From the NCBI GenBank assembly GCA_965215185.1, contig OZ244034.1, positions 1,888,001-1,952,000 on the forward strand: 64,000 bases of DNA, in the 5' to 3' direction. Each line of letters opens with the position of its first letter. The stretch's first letter is position 1. This DNA comes from Acidimicrobiia bacterium (GTDB lineage Bacteria; Actinomycetota; Acidimicrobiia; Spongiisociales; ZC4RG35). Under the pieces are notes generated by a model. The model ran no database searches. It saw nothing but the letters and a program-made list of their open reading frames with translations, and was not told the origin of the DNA. The translations under genes were made by a program, and so were the position numbers. Shown piece by piece: positions 27,637 to 37,539 of the stretch.

Positions 27637-28082
27637 ACGCCGACCAAATCATCACTTTATTGGGCCTGGAACCCATGCCGCAAGAGGGTGGCATGTGGGC
27701 TCAGACCTGGCTTGACGACCACGGAAGCGCCATCTACTTCCTGATGCGGCCCGGCGATTTCTCCGCCATGCACCAGCTGGACGCGCCGGAGATCTGGCAT
27801 CACTACCAGGGTGCGCCAGCGAGCATGCTGCTGCTCTTCCCCGACGGATCGATCACCCAACCCTGCCTGGGCCAAGAGTTGACGCAAGGTCAGCGGCCTT
27901 GCGTGCCGGTGCCTCAAGGAGCGTGGATGGGCGCCTCAACCTTGGGAGAGTGGAGCCTGGTGGGAACCACCATGGCTCCTGCCTTCAATCCCGACGGATT
28001 CCAGTTGGCAGAACGATCCTTACTGGCGGGCCAATACCCCGAGGCCTGCGACCGAATCGCCGAACTCACCCGCCAGCACTGA
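27633..28082 (+). CDS. Cupin_5 (DUF985) protein
   Basis: LGLEP.PQEGG, SAIYFL, FSAMH...EIWHHY.G and VGTTMAPAF motifs. Confidence 0.85.
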   Translation: MNADQIITLLGLEPMPQEGGMWAQTWLDDHGSAIYFLMRPGDFSAMHQLDAPEIWHHYQGAPASMLLLFPDGSITQPCLGQELTQGQRPCVPVPQGAWMGASTLGEWSLVGTTMAPAFNPDGFQLAERSLLAGQYPEACDRIAELTRQH

Positions 28083-28852
28083 TGGCCCTCCCTTCACCCT
28101 CTGCCATGCTCGACCTTTCCGGGATGGTGGTGGCCGTCACCGGAGCGGGAGGGGGAATCGGCCAGGGTATAGCCCGCCGATTCTCCGAGGCCGGCGCATC
28201 GGTCGTGGCCCACACCCGCACCACCGAACTCGAGTCGCTGCTCGACTGCCTGCCCGGCCCGGCGACCGAAGTCACCGCCGACCTGCGCCATCGCGACGGA
28301 CCCGGCCAGGTGGTGGAGGCCGCAGTCGCTTTTTTCGGCAAACTGGATGCGTTGGTTAACAACGCCGCGGTGCAAACCCTGGCCGGGATGGCGGAGATGG
28401 ACGACCGGGAGTGGCAGGCAATGGTTGACACCAACCTGACCGCGTTGCATCGCCTCACCCAGGCAGTGGCAGCTCATCTCATCTCTCGGCAGTCTCCGGG
28501 CTCGGTGATCCACATTTCCTCCATCGAGGGCAGCCAACCTGCGCCTTTCCATGGCCACTATGCGGTTACCAAGGCCGGGGTGATCATGCACGCCCGGGCC
28601 GCGGCGCTGGAGTACGGGCCCCATGGAATCCGGGTCAACTCGGTCTCGCCGGGACTGATTTACCGATCCGGGCTCGAAGAGCAGTGGCCGGAAGGGGTGG
28701 CCCGATGGAAGGCCGCCGCGCCTCTGACCAGGCTCGGAACGCCCGAGGACGTGGCAGATGCCTGCCTGTTCCTGGCATCACCCCTGGCCCGGTGGATAAC
28801 CGGCGCCAATCTGGTGGTGGACGGGGGCGTCTTGGCTCACCCCACCTGGTAA
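28082..28852 (+). CDS. SDR family oxidoreductase
   Basis: TGAGGGIG, NNAA, YAVTK and ITG.NLVVDGG motifs. Confidence 0.9.
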   Translation: MALPSPSAMLDLSGMVVAVTGAGGGIGQGIARRFSEAGASVVAHTRTTELESLLDCLPGPATEVTADLRHRDGPGQVVEAAVAFFGKLDALVNNAAVQTLAGMAEMDDREWQAMVDTNLTALHRLTQAVAAHLISRQSPGSVIHISSIEGSQPAPFHGHYAVTKAGVIMHARAAALEYGPHGIRVNSVSPGLIYRSGLEEQWPEGVARWKAAAPLTRLGTPEDVADACLFLASPLARWITGANLVVDGGVLAHPTW

Positions 28853-28862
28853 GGAGTATCCA

Positions 28863-29636
28863 ATGATGAGATTGGCAGATCGTGTGTACGTCGTTACCGG
28901 CGCCGGAGGAGGGATCGGGCAGGGCATCACCCAGGCTCTGCTGGAGGACGGCGCCCGCGGCGTGGCCATGGTGGACCTGGCTGCTCCGACGGAGGCGGCG
29001 GCCGAGGTCGATCCCGGCCAGGACCGCACGCTGGCCTTGGCAGCCGACGTCACCTCCAAAAACGACGCGCAGCGGGTGGTGGCCGAGACCGTGGAGCGCT
29101 TCCAGCGCCTGGACGGCCTGGTGAACTGCGCGGGGGTGGTGTTTCTCGACACCGCCTGGGACGCCTCCGCATCGGACTGGAATCGCCAGTTGGAGGTGAA
29201 CGTCACCGGCTCCTTCGTCTCCACCCAGGCGGTCGGCGTCCATCTTCGGGAACACGGCGGCGGGGCGGTGGTCAATGTGAGTTCCAACTGCGGGAAGGCC
29301 GGATATCCGAACATGGCCGGCTACAACGCCTCCAAGGCGGCGGTGCTGGGACTCACCCGCTCGCTTTCCATGGAATGGGCCGAAGATCACATCAACGTAA
29401 ACGCGGTATGCCCGGGAGGGGTGGACACACCCATGCTGAGCGGGGTGGCGGAGTGGCTTTCGCCCCGGCTCGGATTGCCCGCCGACGAGTTGTTGGGGCA
29501 GATGGGACCCGCCCAGTTGGGCCGGAAGATCAAACCGGTGGAGGTGGGCCGGGTGATAGCCTTCCTGCTCTCCGACGACGCTCTGATCATCCGAGGCCAG
29601 TCGATCAGCATCGACGGCGGAGATACTCCCTACTAG
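28863..29636 (+). CDS. SDR family oxidoreductase
   Basis: TGAGGGIG, NCAG, YNASK and CPGGVDTPM motifs. Confidence 0.9.
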   Translation: MMRLADRVYVVTGAGGGIGQGITQALLEDGARGVAMVDLAAPTEAAAEVDPGQDRTLALAADVTSKNDAQRVVAETVERFQRLDGLVNCAGVVFLDTAWDASASDWNRQLEVNVTGSFVSTQAVGVHLREHGGGAVVNVSSNCGKAGYPNMAGYNASKAAVLGLTRSLSMEWAEDHINVNAVCPGGVDTPMLSGVAEWLSPRLGLPADELLGQMGPAQLGRKIKPVEVGRVIAFLLSDDALIIRGQSISIDGGDTPY

Positions 29637-29653
29637 GACCGAGGAGACGGGTG

Positions 29654-31621
29654 ATGGAAGACCTTTGGAACGACGATGTAGCCCCAAGCCCTTCCGATCC
29701 CCTCGCCGAGTGCGTTTACGGATCGCGGCTGCTGGGGTCCGATCCGTCCCTGGTGCTGCATGGTGGGGGCAATTCCTCGGTGAAAGCACCATTTCGGGAT
29801 ATCACCGGCGGCCAGGTGGAGGCCTTATGGGTGAAGGGTTCGGGATGGGATATGGCCAGCATCAAGGCGGCAGGTTTCACTCCCCTACCGCGGCATCGTC
29901 TTCACCAACTGCTGGAGCTGGAAAGCCTTTCCGACCGGGACATGATGCGGGAACTGTCGGCGGCGCGCCTGGACCCCGCCTCCCCCCAACCGTCGGTGGA
30001 GTGCCTACTCCACGCCCTCATTCCCCACCGAGCGGTCTTCCACAGCCACGCCGATGTGATCGTCACTCTCACCAACCTCTCCGACGGCGCCGACCGGGTG
30101 CGAGAGGTGTTTGGAGACGAGATGATGATCGTGCCCTATGTGATGCCCGGTTTTGACCTGGCCGGGACAGTGCGGGACATGTGGCCCGACGGTGGCGATG
30201 ATTCAACCGGCATGGTGCTGATGAATCACGGTTTGTTCACCTACGGCGCCACCGCCAGACAGGCCTACCGACGTCATATGGCGCTCATCCAACGGGCGGC
30301 CCGGTGGCTGGACACTCATGCTCCCCACGCAGGTGCGGGCGAGCAACCATTGGACAGGGTGGACTCCTTGGAGTTGGCCCGGGTGCGAGCTGACATCTCC
30401 CGAGCGGCGGGGCGACCAATGATCTCGGTTCGTTATGCCACCGGGGAGGTGGCGCGCTTTGTGAGCCGCCGCGACCTGGCCTCCCTGGCCACCCGGGGAC
30501 CACTCACCCCCGATCACATCATCCGGACCAAGCGCACCCCGATGGTGGGCCGTAATGTGGCCGACTACGCCGAGGAGTACCGCCGCTACTACCGGCGCAA
30601 CCGGGAACGCGCCCGAGGAGAGACCACCATGCTGGATCCGGCTCCCCGGGTGGTGTTGGATCCCGAACTGGGCATGCTGGCCATTGGCGCCACCGCGTCG
30701 GCGGCGCACATAGCTTCAGATATCTATTACCACACCATGACTGCCCTGATCCGGGCCGAGGATCACCTGGGAGGGTACGAGGCCCTGCCGGAAGGAGACC
30801 TGTTCGAAGTGGAGTACTGGGAGCTGGAGCAGGCCAAGCTGCGGCGCCAAGGCTCACCCCCCGAGATGACCGGAATGGCGGCGCTGGTAACGGGAGCGGG
30901 ATCGGGCATCGGAAGGGCGTGTGCAGAAGAACTGTTGAGACGGGGAGCGGCGGTGACCGGCCTGGATATCTCTGCGGGAGTGGTCGACGCCTTCGACTCT
31001 CCATCCTGGTTGGGCATCACCTGCGATGTGACCGACCCGGCCGCCCAGGCAGCAGCGTTGGAACGATCCGTGGAACGCTTTGGGGGAATTGACATTGTGG
31101 TGGTCTGCGCCGGGATATTCGTGGGGTCCGCCCCGATTGCCGAACTGGACCGCTCCGCCTGGCGGCAGTCCATGGCAGTCAATGTGGATGCAGCAGCGGA
31201 CCTGCTCACCGGAGTCCATCCTCTCCTTCGCCTGTCTCCGGCCGGTGGCCGGGTGGTGGTGGTCTCCACCAGGAATGTGGCGGCGCCGGGTCCGGGCGCG
31301 GCTGCCTACTCCTCTTCCAAGGCAGCTCTCACCCAGTTGGCGAGGGTGGCCGCCTTGGAGTGGGCCTCGGATGGAATCAGGGTCAACATCGTCAATCCCG
31401 ACGCCGTGTTCGATACGGGCATTTGGAACGAAGAACTGTTGGCTGCCCGTGCCGCGCAGTACAACATGGATGTGGATTCTTACAAACGACGGAACCTGTT
31501 GGGTACCGCGGTCACTTCCCGGCAGGTGGCGGCCGTGGTGGCCGAGTTGGTGAGCGACCGGTTCGCCGCCACCACCGGCGCGCAAATACCCATAGACGGT
31601 GGAAATGAAAGGGTGGTGTGA
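29654..31621 (+). CDS. Bifunctional class II aldolase / short-chain dehydrogenase
   Basis: LVLHGGGNSSVK, VKGSGWD, PSVE.LLH..HSHAD, NHGL, TPDH, EYWELEQAKL, then an SDR domain (TGAGSGIG, YSSSK). Confidence 0.88.
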   Translation: MEDLWNDDVAPSPSDPLAECVYGSRLLGSDPSLVLHGGGNSSVKAPFRDITGGQVEALWVKGSGWDMASIKAAGFTPLPRHRLHQLLELESLSDRDMMRELSAARLDPASPQPSVECLLHALIPHRAVFHSHADVIVTLTNLSDGADRVREVFGDEMMIVPYVMPGFDLAGTVRDMWPDGGDDSTGMVLMNHGLFTYGATARQAYRRHMALIQRAARWLDTHAPHAGAGEQPLDRVDSLELARVRADISRAAGRPMISVRYATGEVARFVSRRDLASLATRGPLTPDHIIRTKRTPMVGRNVADYAEEYRRYYRRNRERARGETTMLDPAPRVVLDPELGMLAIGATASAAHIASDIYYHTMTALIRAEDHLGGYEALPEGDLFEVEYWELEQAKLRRQGSPPEMTGMAALVTGAGSGIGRACAEELLRRGAAVTGLDISAGVVDAFDSPSWLGITCDVTDPAAQAAALERSVERFGGIDIVVVCAGIFVGSAPIAELDRSAWRQSMAVNVDAAADLLTGVHPLLRLSPAGGRVVVVSTRNVAAPGPGAAAYSSSKAALTQLARVAALEWASDGIRVNIVNPDAVFDTGIWNEELLAARAAQYNMDVDSYKRRNLLGTAVTSRQVAAVVAELVSDRFAATTGAQIPIDGGNERVV

Positions 31622-31623
31622 GG

Positions 31624-32355
31624 ATGTTTCTTCCCCTGTTGAACATTGCTGCTAAGGAAATCCCTGAACGAGTAATGGTGGTCGGTGACCCCGATCGCGC
31701 CCGCCGGGCGTCCGCCTATCTTGACGATTCTGTCGAGGTGGGAAACAACCGGGAGTACGTAACCCTGGTTGGCCGTCATCGGGGAGTCAAAGTGGGGGTG
31801 GTGTCCCACGGAGTGGGATCGGCGGGAGCGGCGGTGTGCTTCGACGAGCTTCTCAGGGCAGGGGCGCAGCGTTTAATCCGGGCGGGGAGCTGTGGGGGTA
31901 TGCAGGACAACGTCATCGACGGCCATCTGGTGATAGTCACCGGGGCAGTACGCAACGAGGGTTTCACCTCCCAGATTGTGCCGGATGGATATCCGGCATT
32001 GGCCTCTGCGGATGTGATCGCCGCCCTGCGCCGGGCCTCGCGAGGCGCGGCTGACATCCACGAGGGCTTGACCCTGACCAGCGCCGTGTTCTACTCACAT
32101 GACATTCTGGGTTCCGACTTGACCCTTTGGCAGAAGACCGGAGTGAGGGCGGTCGAGATGGAATGTGCGGTGCTGTTTGTGCTGGCCGGACTGGCAGGAA
32201 GGGAAAGCGGGGCCATTTTGGCGGTGGACGGGAACCCCCTGGCGGAACGGGATGAAGAGTTGGCCGGCTACAACCCCCATCGGGAGGTGGTCAGAGAGGC
32301 GGTGGGCCGAATGATTGAAATAACGCTGGACGCCTTGGTTGACGATCATTGTTGA
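31624..32355 (+). CDS. Nucleoside phosphorylase (UDP/PNP family), copy 1
   Basis: VGDPDRA, REY, SHGVGS.GA, RAGSCG and VEMECA motifs. Confidence 0.88.
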   Translation: MFLPLLNIAAKEIPERVMVVGDPDRARRASAYLDDSVEVGNNREYVTLVGRHRGVKVGVVSHGVGSAGAAVCFDELLRAGAQRLIRAGSCGGMQDNVIDGHLVIVTGAVRNEGFTSQIVPDGYPALASADVIAALRRASRGAADIHEGLTLTSAVFYSHDILGSDLTLWQKTGVRAVEMECAVLFVLAGLAGRESGAILAVDGNPLAERDEELAGYNPHREVVREAVGRMIEITLDALVDDHC

Positions 32356-32379
32356 GTCTCGATAGAAGGCGACGGTTCA

Positions 32380-32467
32380 CTGGTTGCGGAGCTCCTCGGA
32401 GACCGCTTCCGGGCAACCGTCGGCGCTCAAGTACCCATTGACAGAGGAAAACGAAAGGGTGGTATGA
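32380..32467 (+). pseudogene. Degenerate copy of the aldolase/SDR 3' end (31535-31621)
   Basis: LVAELLGDRFRATVGAQVPIDRG/NERVV* versus VVAELVSDRFAATTGAQIPIDGGNERVV*; one +1 frameshift. Confidence 0.85.
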
Positions 32468-32471
32468 GAGA

Positions 32472-33203
32472 ATGCATCTTCCTGTTTTGAACGTTGCAGC
32501 CGCGGACATCCCCGAACGGATGCTGGTGGTGGGCGATCCCGACCGCGCTGTGCGGGTGGCCGCCCGATTCGACGACGGGGTCGAGATCGGCCGTTTTCGG
32601 GAGTACGTCACCTTGGTAGGCCGGCATCGGGGAGTCAAGGTGGGAGTGGTCTCCCATGGGGTCGGCTCGTCGGGTGCGGCGGTGGCTTTTGATGAACTGT
32701 TCCGAGCCGGAGTCAAGCGTGTGATACGGGCGGGTACCTGTGGCGGAATGCAGAAACATGTCCTTGACGGCCACCTGGTGATAGTGACCGGAGCGGTCCG
32801 CTGTGACGGTCTCACCCCCCAGTTGGTGCCCGATGGTTACCCCGCCTTGGCCTCACCCGACGTGGTCTTCGCTCTCCGTCGGGCGGCGCAGGGCGGCGAG
32901 AACATCCATGAGGGCATCACCCTCACCAACGCCATTTTCTACGCCCAGGAGATCCTCGGCTCCAATCTGTCCCTCTGGCATGAAGCGGGTGTGAAAGCGA
33001 TCGAGATGGAATGCGCGGCGCTGTTCGTGATGGCCGGCCTGGCGGGGAGGGAAGCCGGCGCCATTATCACCGTAGACGGCAACGCTTTTGTGGATGGGGA
33101 CTTTGCAATGACCGAGTACAACCCCCATCGAGACCTCGTGGACCAAGCGGTGGGCCGGATGATCGGAATCGCTCTCGACGCCCTGGTCGACGATCACTCT
33201 TAA
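32472..33203 (+). CDS. Nucleoside phosphorylase (UDP/PNP family), copy 2
   Basis: Colinear, closely similar paralog of 31624-32355 with the same motifs. Confidence 0.88.
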   Translation: MHLPVLNVAAADIPERMLVVGDPDRAVRVAARFDDGVEIGRFREYVTLVGRHRGVKVGVVSHGVGSSGAAVAFDELFRAGVKRVIRAGTCGGMQKHVLDGHLVIVTGAVRCDGLTPQLVPDGYPALASPDVVFALRRAAQGGENIHEGITLTNAIFYAQEILGSNLSLWHEAGVKAIEMECAALFVMAGLAGREAGAIITVDGNAFVDGDFAMTEYNPHRDLVDQAVGRMIGIALDALVDDHS

Positions 33204-33723
33204 GCCGCGAGGCGCCCTTGGCCGAAGCCAGCCCAACAATCCTGACCGGACGGGGCGCAGGGGAACCGGTTTGTGTTCAAACGTGGCGTCTTCGAATCAA
33301 GAAGTCTGCAAAACCGACCTCACTGTTTCACCAAAAAGTCGCGATTTCTCTAGCTAACCTGTGACAATCACGGTAGCCCTTGGGGCCCCTCCCCCGCCGC
33401 CACCATGCCATGAGTTGCAGAAGCCCCGGCCAGGCTTGAAAGGGTTGTTGGCAGAACCAGAGCCAAGGCGCGCCTTGTGGGACGATTTGATCCCCCGACG
33501 AGGTTCGAACGACGCCGGAACGAACCGTCTTGGTGTTTGGCTTATGTCAATATGAATACTTCCTGGGACCAAGTCAACCGCTGAACCGCGCTTTTTCTTG
33601 ACAGCCTCGTGACGCGACGCAAAAGGCGGCGTCGGCGCAACACCGCCTCTGAACAGTTTTGGGGATAAGCACACCGCCTCAAGTCGCTTTGAACCAACCT
33701 TGGCAACGGCGCCCGCCGACCTC

Positions 33724-34830
33724 TCAGCCGGAGATTTCCAACACCGGGTCGCCTAGCACTTCGAAGCGCGGGGCGATCCCGAGTCCCGGTCGGCTGGGGG
33801 CGCTCATCCTGCCTGACGCCCGTTGGGGAGCCCCGCTGGCGGTCGAGACCGTCACATAGGAATTGAAGTCGGTGGCGGCGAAGGTGAATTCCTCGGGTGT
33901 CGATTGCGCCAGGTGAGCCACCGCCGCGGTGGTGATATCGGATCCCCACGGGTCCTCGATGATCATCGGTATTCCCGATTCGACACAGATGTCACGCATG
34001 ATCCGCGCTTTGGTCAACCCGCCCACCTTGGAGATCTTGAGATTGATGACATCCATCGCATCCTCCGCCAACCCTCGGAGCAGAGTTTCCATGCTATCGA
34101 TAGTCTCATCTAGCACAAAGGGTCGGGCAGTGCGCCTTCGAATCGAGAGGCACTCTGCAAAGGTCCGGCAGGGCTGTTCGATGTACACGTCCAGATCCGC
34201 CACCGCATTGACAACCCGGGCGGCTTCATGCCGAGCCCAGCCGGTATTGGCATCGGCGACCAGTACGTCACTGTCAGGAAGAACCTCCCGGGCCGCGCGA
34301 ATGCGGGCAATGTCATGGTTTGCGTCCCCTCCGACCTTCAATTGGAACCTGCGGTAACCCTCCTGGCGGTATCTGGCCACATTGGCCGCCATCTGGTCCG
34401 GAGGTTGCTGGGAAATCGCACGATAGAGCACGACGTCCTCCTGTGCCCGGCCTCCCAGAAGGGTGAACACCGGAAGGCCGGTTGCCTTGCCGACAATGTC
34501 CCAGCAGGCGATGTCCAGAGGCGCTTTGGCATGTGGGTGGCCGAGCAAGGAGCTGTCCATGATCCTGTTGATCTCGTTGAGCCTTCGAGGGTCCTTGCCT
34601 ATGAGATGAGGGGCAAGTTCCGCAATGCCCGACCGCACGCCCTTGGCGTGGGCCGGCAAATAGGCGGGACCCAGGGGGCAGCTTTCGGCATATCCCCGAA
34701 TCCCGGCATTGGTTTCGATTTCCACCACCGTATTGTCGAAAACCTCAACGAACCGACCGTCGGACCAGGTATACCGTCCCTCGACCAGAGGAAGGTCGAC
34801 ACGCCAGGCGCGAATGGCCGTAATCTTCAT
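33724..34830 (-). CDS. Enolase superfamily (MR/MLE) enzyme, cis-3-hydroxy-L-proline dehydratase / hydroxyproline-betaine epimerase-like
   Basis: [37 protein letters not shown] and EDPWG motifs. Confidence 0.8.
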   Translation of the reverse strand: MKITAIRAWRVDLPLVEGRYTWSDGRFVEVFDNTVVEIETNAGIRGYAESCPLGPAYLPAHAKGVRSGIAELAPHLIGKDPRRLNEINRIMDSSLLGHPHAKAPLDIACWDIVGKATGLPVFTLLGGRAQEDVVLYRAISQQPPDQMAANVARYRQEGYRRFQLKVGGDANHDIARIRAAREVLPDSDVLVADANTGWARHEAARVVNAVADLDVYIEQPCRTFAECLSIRRRTARPFVLDETIDSMETLLRGLAEDAMDVINLKISKVGGLTKARIMRDICVESGIPMIIEDPWGSDITTAAVAHLAQSTPEEFTFAATDFNSYVTVSTASGAPQRASGRMSAPSRPGLGIAPRFEVLGDPVLEISG

Positions 34831-34844
34831 GGGCCTCGCCTACC

Positions 34845-35480
34845 TCATGCCGTTTGGCTCAAATTGGACTGGTGAAAGCCAAGGATCAAAAGCTCGGTGG
34901 CGACATCCACCCTACGGAGGGTGACGCCCTCGGGAACTCGCAAGACCACCGGGGCAAAGTTGAGAATGGAGGTGACCCCCACTCTTACCAGAAGGTCGGC
35001 CACTCTCTGCGCGGCCACCGCGGGAGTGGCGATGATGCTGATCGAAACCTTCTTCTCGGCCCGATCTTCGACCAGTTGATCGGGGTGGCGAATAGCAATC
35101 TCCCCCACCTGTTCTCCGATCTTGCCGGGATCGGTGTCATACAAACCAACCAAAGCCAGCCCGCGATCTGCGAATCCCTGGTAGTGGGCAAGGGCCATAC
35201 CGAGGTTTCCCATTCCCACGATGACGATGTTGAGCGGGACATTGATTCCCAGCGCCACCCCGATCTGGGATATCAGAGCCTGAACATCATATCCCACGCC
35301 CCGGCGGCCCTCGCATTCCAGATACCACAGGTCCTTTCGAACCTGGGCGGCCTTGATGTTAAGGTGCTCGGCGATCTCATCAGAGGAAATCGTCTCCCGC
35401 CGGGCTGGGAGCTGGTCCAGGCACCGCAAATACAGAGGCAATCGCGAAACGGTGGTATGAGGTATATCCCCCCTGGCCAT
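34845..35480 (-). CDS. rex: Redox-sensing transcriptional repressor Rex
   Basis: IP..TV.RLPLY.R.L, AQVRKDL, G.RGVGY, G.GNLG.AL and ILNFAP motifs. Confidence 0.92.
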   Translation of the reverse strand: MARGDIPHTTVSRLPLYLRCLDQLPARRETISSDEIAEHLNIKAAQVRKDLWYLECEGRRGVGYDVQALISQIGVALGINVPLNIVIVGMGNLGMALAHYQGFADRGLALVGLYDTDPGKIGEQVGEIAIRHPDQLVEDRAEKKVSISIIATPAVAAQRVADLLVRVGVTSILNFAPVVLRVPEGVTLRRVDVATELLILGFHQSNLSQTA

Positions 35481-35487
35481 ATAGAAA

Positions 35488-35493
35488 ATCCTA
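35488..35493 (-). promoter_or_regulatory. Putative -10 (TAGGAT) of a leaderless rex transcript
   Basis: TAGGAT lies 7 nt before the rex ATG; no Shine-Dalgarno sequence. Confidence 0.45.
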
Positions 35494-35590
35494 CACCCCG
35501 AGATCCGGCCCGAATCCGCCAGGCGCGGCGTGACCCAGGAGCGGTCCAGGCGGCGGGCGGGAAGCCTTCGGGGGGTGGCTATCTTTGGAG

Positions 35591-36832
35591 ATGATGAGCG
35601 GCGCTGACGTGTTGGTGGTGGGAGGAGGCCCCGCCGGAGCGGCCGCCGCCTACTGGCTGGGCAGGGACGGCCATGCCGTGACCCTGGTGGAGCGCAAATC
35701 CTTTCCCCGCGACAAGACCTGCGGAGATGGTCTGACCCCCCGCGCCATCTATCAACTCGCCGAGATGGGTTTCGACTTCTCGGTGCCCGGATTCCATCGC
35801 ATAACCGGACTGCGCTCCTACGCCGGGGACAAGGTGATGTTGGAGATGCCCTGGCCCGACCATTCCCGCTTTCCCGACTGGGGGGGAGTGATCCGCCGCC
35901 GAGACCTTGACCAGCAGGTGGCGGATCTGGCCCGAAGCCAAGGAGTGGCCGTCCGGGAGAAAACGGAAGCCCGACCCCTGGTCCAGGACGGGTCCCTGGA
36001 AGGCGTCGAATTGAGAGCCAATGGCTCGGTGGAGACGGTGCGGCCGAAGGTGGTGATCGTGGCCGACGGCGCTCTGAACCGCTTCGGGCGACATTTGGGG
36101 GTGATCCGTCGCAAGGACTACCCCTTGGGTTTGGCCGCCCGCGGCTACTACCAGAGCCCCCGGTCGACCGACTCCTTTTTGGAAAGCCAGTTGGATATCC
36201 GCGACAGTACGGGGGCCACCATGCCTGGCTATGGCTGGGTGTTCCCGCTGGGAGATGGCACAGTCAATGTGGGAGTGGGGCTGCTTTCCACCTTCAAGCG
36301 GTGGAAGCAGGCCAACACCACCAAGATGATGGCGGACTGGGCCGACGCTGCTCCCGACTACTGGGGTCTTTCCGAGGACACCCGGCTCACCGATCCGGTG
36401 GGCGGCGCCCTGCAGATGTCGTTTTCCCGCTCTCCTCTGGCAGGGCCGAACTGGCTGGTGATCGGCGATGCGGCGGCGGCGATCAACCCATGGAACGGTG
36501 AAGGCATCGCCTACGCATATGAGACGGGGCGAATCGCCGCCGGGTTGGTGGGTGAGGCAATGGCGGGTAACAAGCCCGATGTTCTGCTGCGATATCCCCA
36601 ACTCCTGGACGGGGAGTACGGCCTCTATTACCGGACGGCCCGGATCTTCGTGAAACTCATCGGCCGCCCGGCCGTGATGCGAACTCTGGCCCATACCGGC
36701 CTGCGCAACCGCCCCCTTATGGAGTGGACCCTGAAAGTGATGTCCAATCTGCTGGACGACGACGAACGCGGCATTGGCGAACAGGTCTACCGGGCACTGC
36801 AAGGACTCGCGAGAGGTATCCCCGTTGCGTAA
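35591..36832 (+). CDS. Geranylgeranyl reductase family protein (MenJ-like)
   Basis: GGGPAG, FPRDKTCGDGLTPRA, GYGWVFP and GDAA..INP.NGEGI.YA.ETG motifs. Confidence 0.85.
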   Translation: MMSGADVLVVGGGPAGAAAAYWLGRDGHAVTLVERKSFPRDKTCGDGLTPRAIYQLAEMGFDFSVPGFHRITGLRSYAGDKVMLEMPWPDHSRFPDWGGVIRRRDLDQQVADLARSQGVAVREKTEARPLVQDGSLEGVELRANGSVETVRPKVVIVADGALNRFGRHLGVIRRKDYPLGLAARGYYQSPRSTDSFLESQLDIRDSTGATMPGYGWVFPLGDGTVNVGVGLLSTFKRWKQANTTKMMADWADAAPDYWGLSEDTRLTDPVGGALQMSFSRSPLAGPNWLVIGDAAAAINPWNGEGIAYAYETGRIAAGLVGEAMAGNKPDVLLRYPQLLDGEYGLYYRTARIFVKLIGRPAVMRTLAHTGLRNRPLMEWTLKVMSNLLDDDERGIGEQVYRALQGLARGIPVA

Positions 36833-36951
36833 GAAGAGTATTTCGCTATTGGAAACAGCGATATAGGGGTGAAGTATGCTTGTGGAGTCACGGATGACAA
36901 GAGCCACACCATCCTGGCTCCGCTTCAAAGCCAAGCCACCGGCGCGGGGGC

Positions 36952-37539
36952 GTGCAAGAGAAAAAGCGTCTTTCTACCAAGGTAAGGAAGGGAACTATTT
37001 CTAAAAAGTATCGATTGAAGCCGGAAGAAGGTGGTTTGTACCGGCTGATCGCTAATCGAGATTTCGCCACCTCCCACGTCGTCAGCGTGGTGGTCAAAAA
37101 GGGTGACCGTGGTGGGCTGGTCTCTGGGCCATACAACTTATCCCAACGGGGGCGGTGCTGGGTGGAAGAGGGTGCCAAAGTGCTCGACCAGGCCAAAGTG
37201 AGCAAGGATGGTCTGGTTATGGAAAGGGCCACCGTGAAAGACCGCGCGGTGGTCACCGACACGTCGTGGGTGGGGGGAGAAGCTCTGGTCTGCAACAATG
37301 CCCAAGTCCGGGAAGGTGGTGTGGTGCTGGACCAGGCAATAGTGCGAGATGGCGCCACCGTAAGGTCCGCCGGGGTGGTGGGCGGTCATGCCATTGTGGA
37401 ACACCGCGCAGTAGTCGAGGACGGCGCCATGGTGGGAGATAAGACAAGAGTGGCAGGAGTAGCAGTGATCCGCGGCCGCGATACGGTTATTTCAGGCGAT
37501 GGCCACATCTTCAAAGGCGTCCAAGACACCTCCCAGTAA
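36952..37539 (+). CDS. Hexapeptide-repeat (left-handed beta-helix) protein, phage-associated type
   Basis: LYRLIA.RDF..VKKGDRGG...NLSQ.G.CWV followed by about 15 hexapeptide repeats (A.V.D.). Confidence 0.7.
   Translation: MQEKKRLSTKVRKGTISKKYRLKPEEGGLYRLIANRDFATSHVVSVVVKKGDRGGLVSGPYNLSQRGRCWVEEGAKVLDQAKVSKDGLVMERATVKDRAVVTDTSWVGGEALVCNNAQVREGGVVLDQAIVRDGATVRSAGVVGGHAIVEHRAVVEDGAMVGDKTRVAGVAVIRGRDTVISGDGHIFKGVQDTSQ

Noticed and set aside
33385-33510. tRNA/tmRNA-like fragments (cccccgccgccacca; ggttcgaa)
   Set aside because: No T-arm stem pairing or cloverleaf can be built, and the two pieces are in the wrong order.
33461-33521. Possible fourth gene-tail copy (rex 3' end) beyond the enolase-family gene
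   Set aside because: Only short scattered matches (agccaagg, gacgcc, ggaac); no convincing reading-frame similarity by eye.
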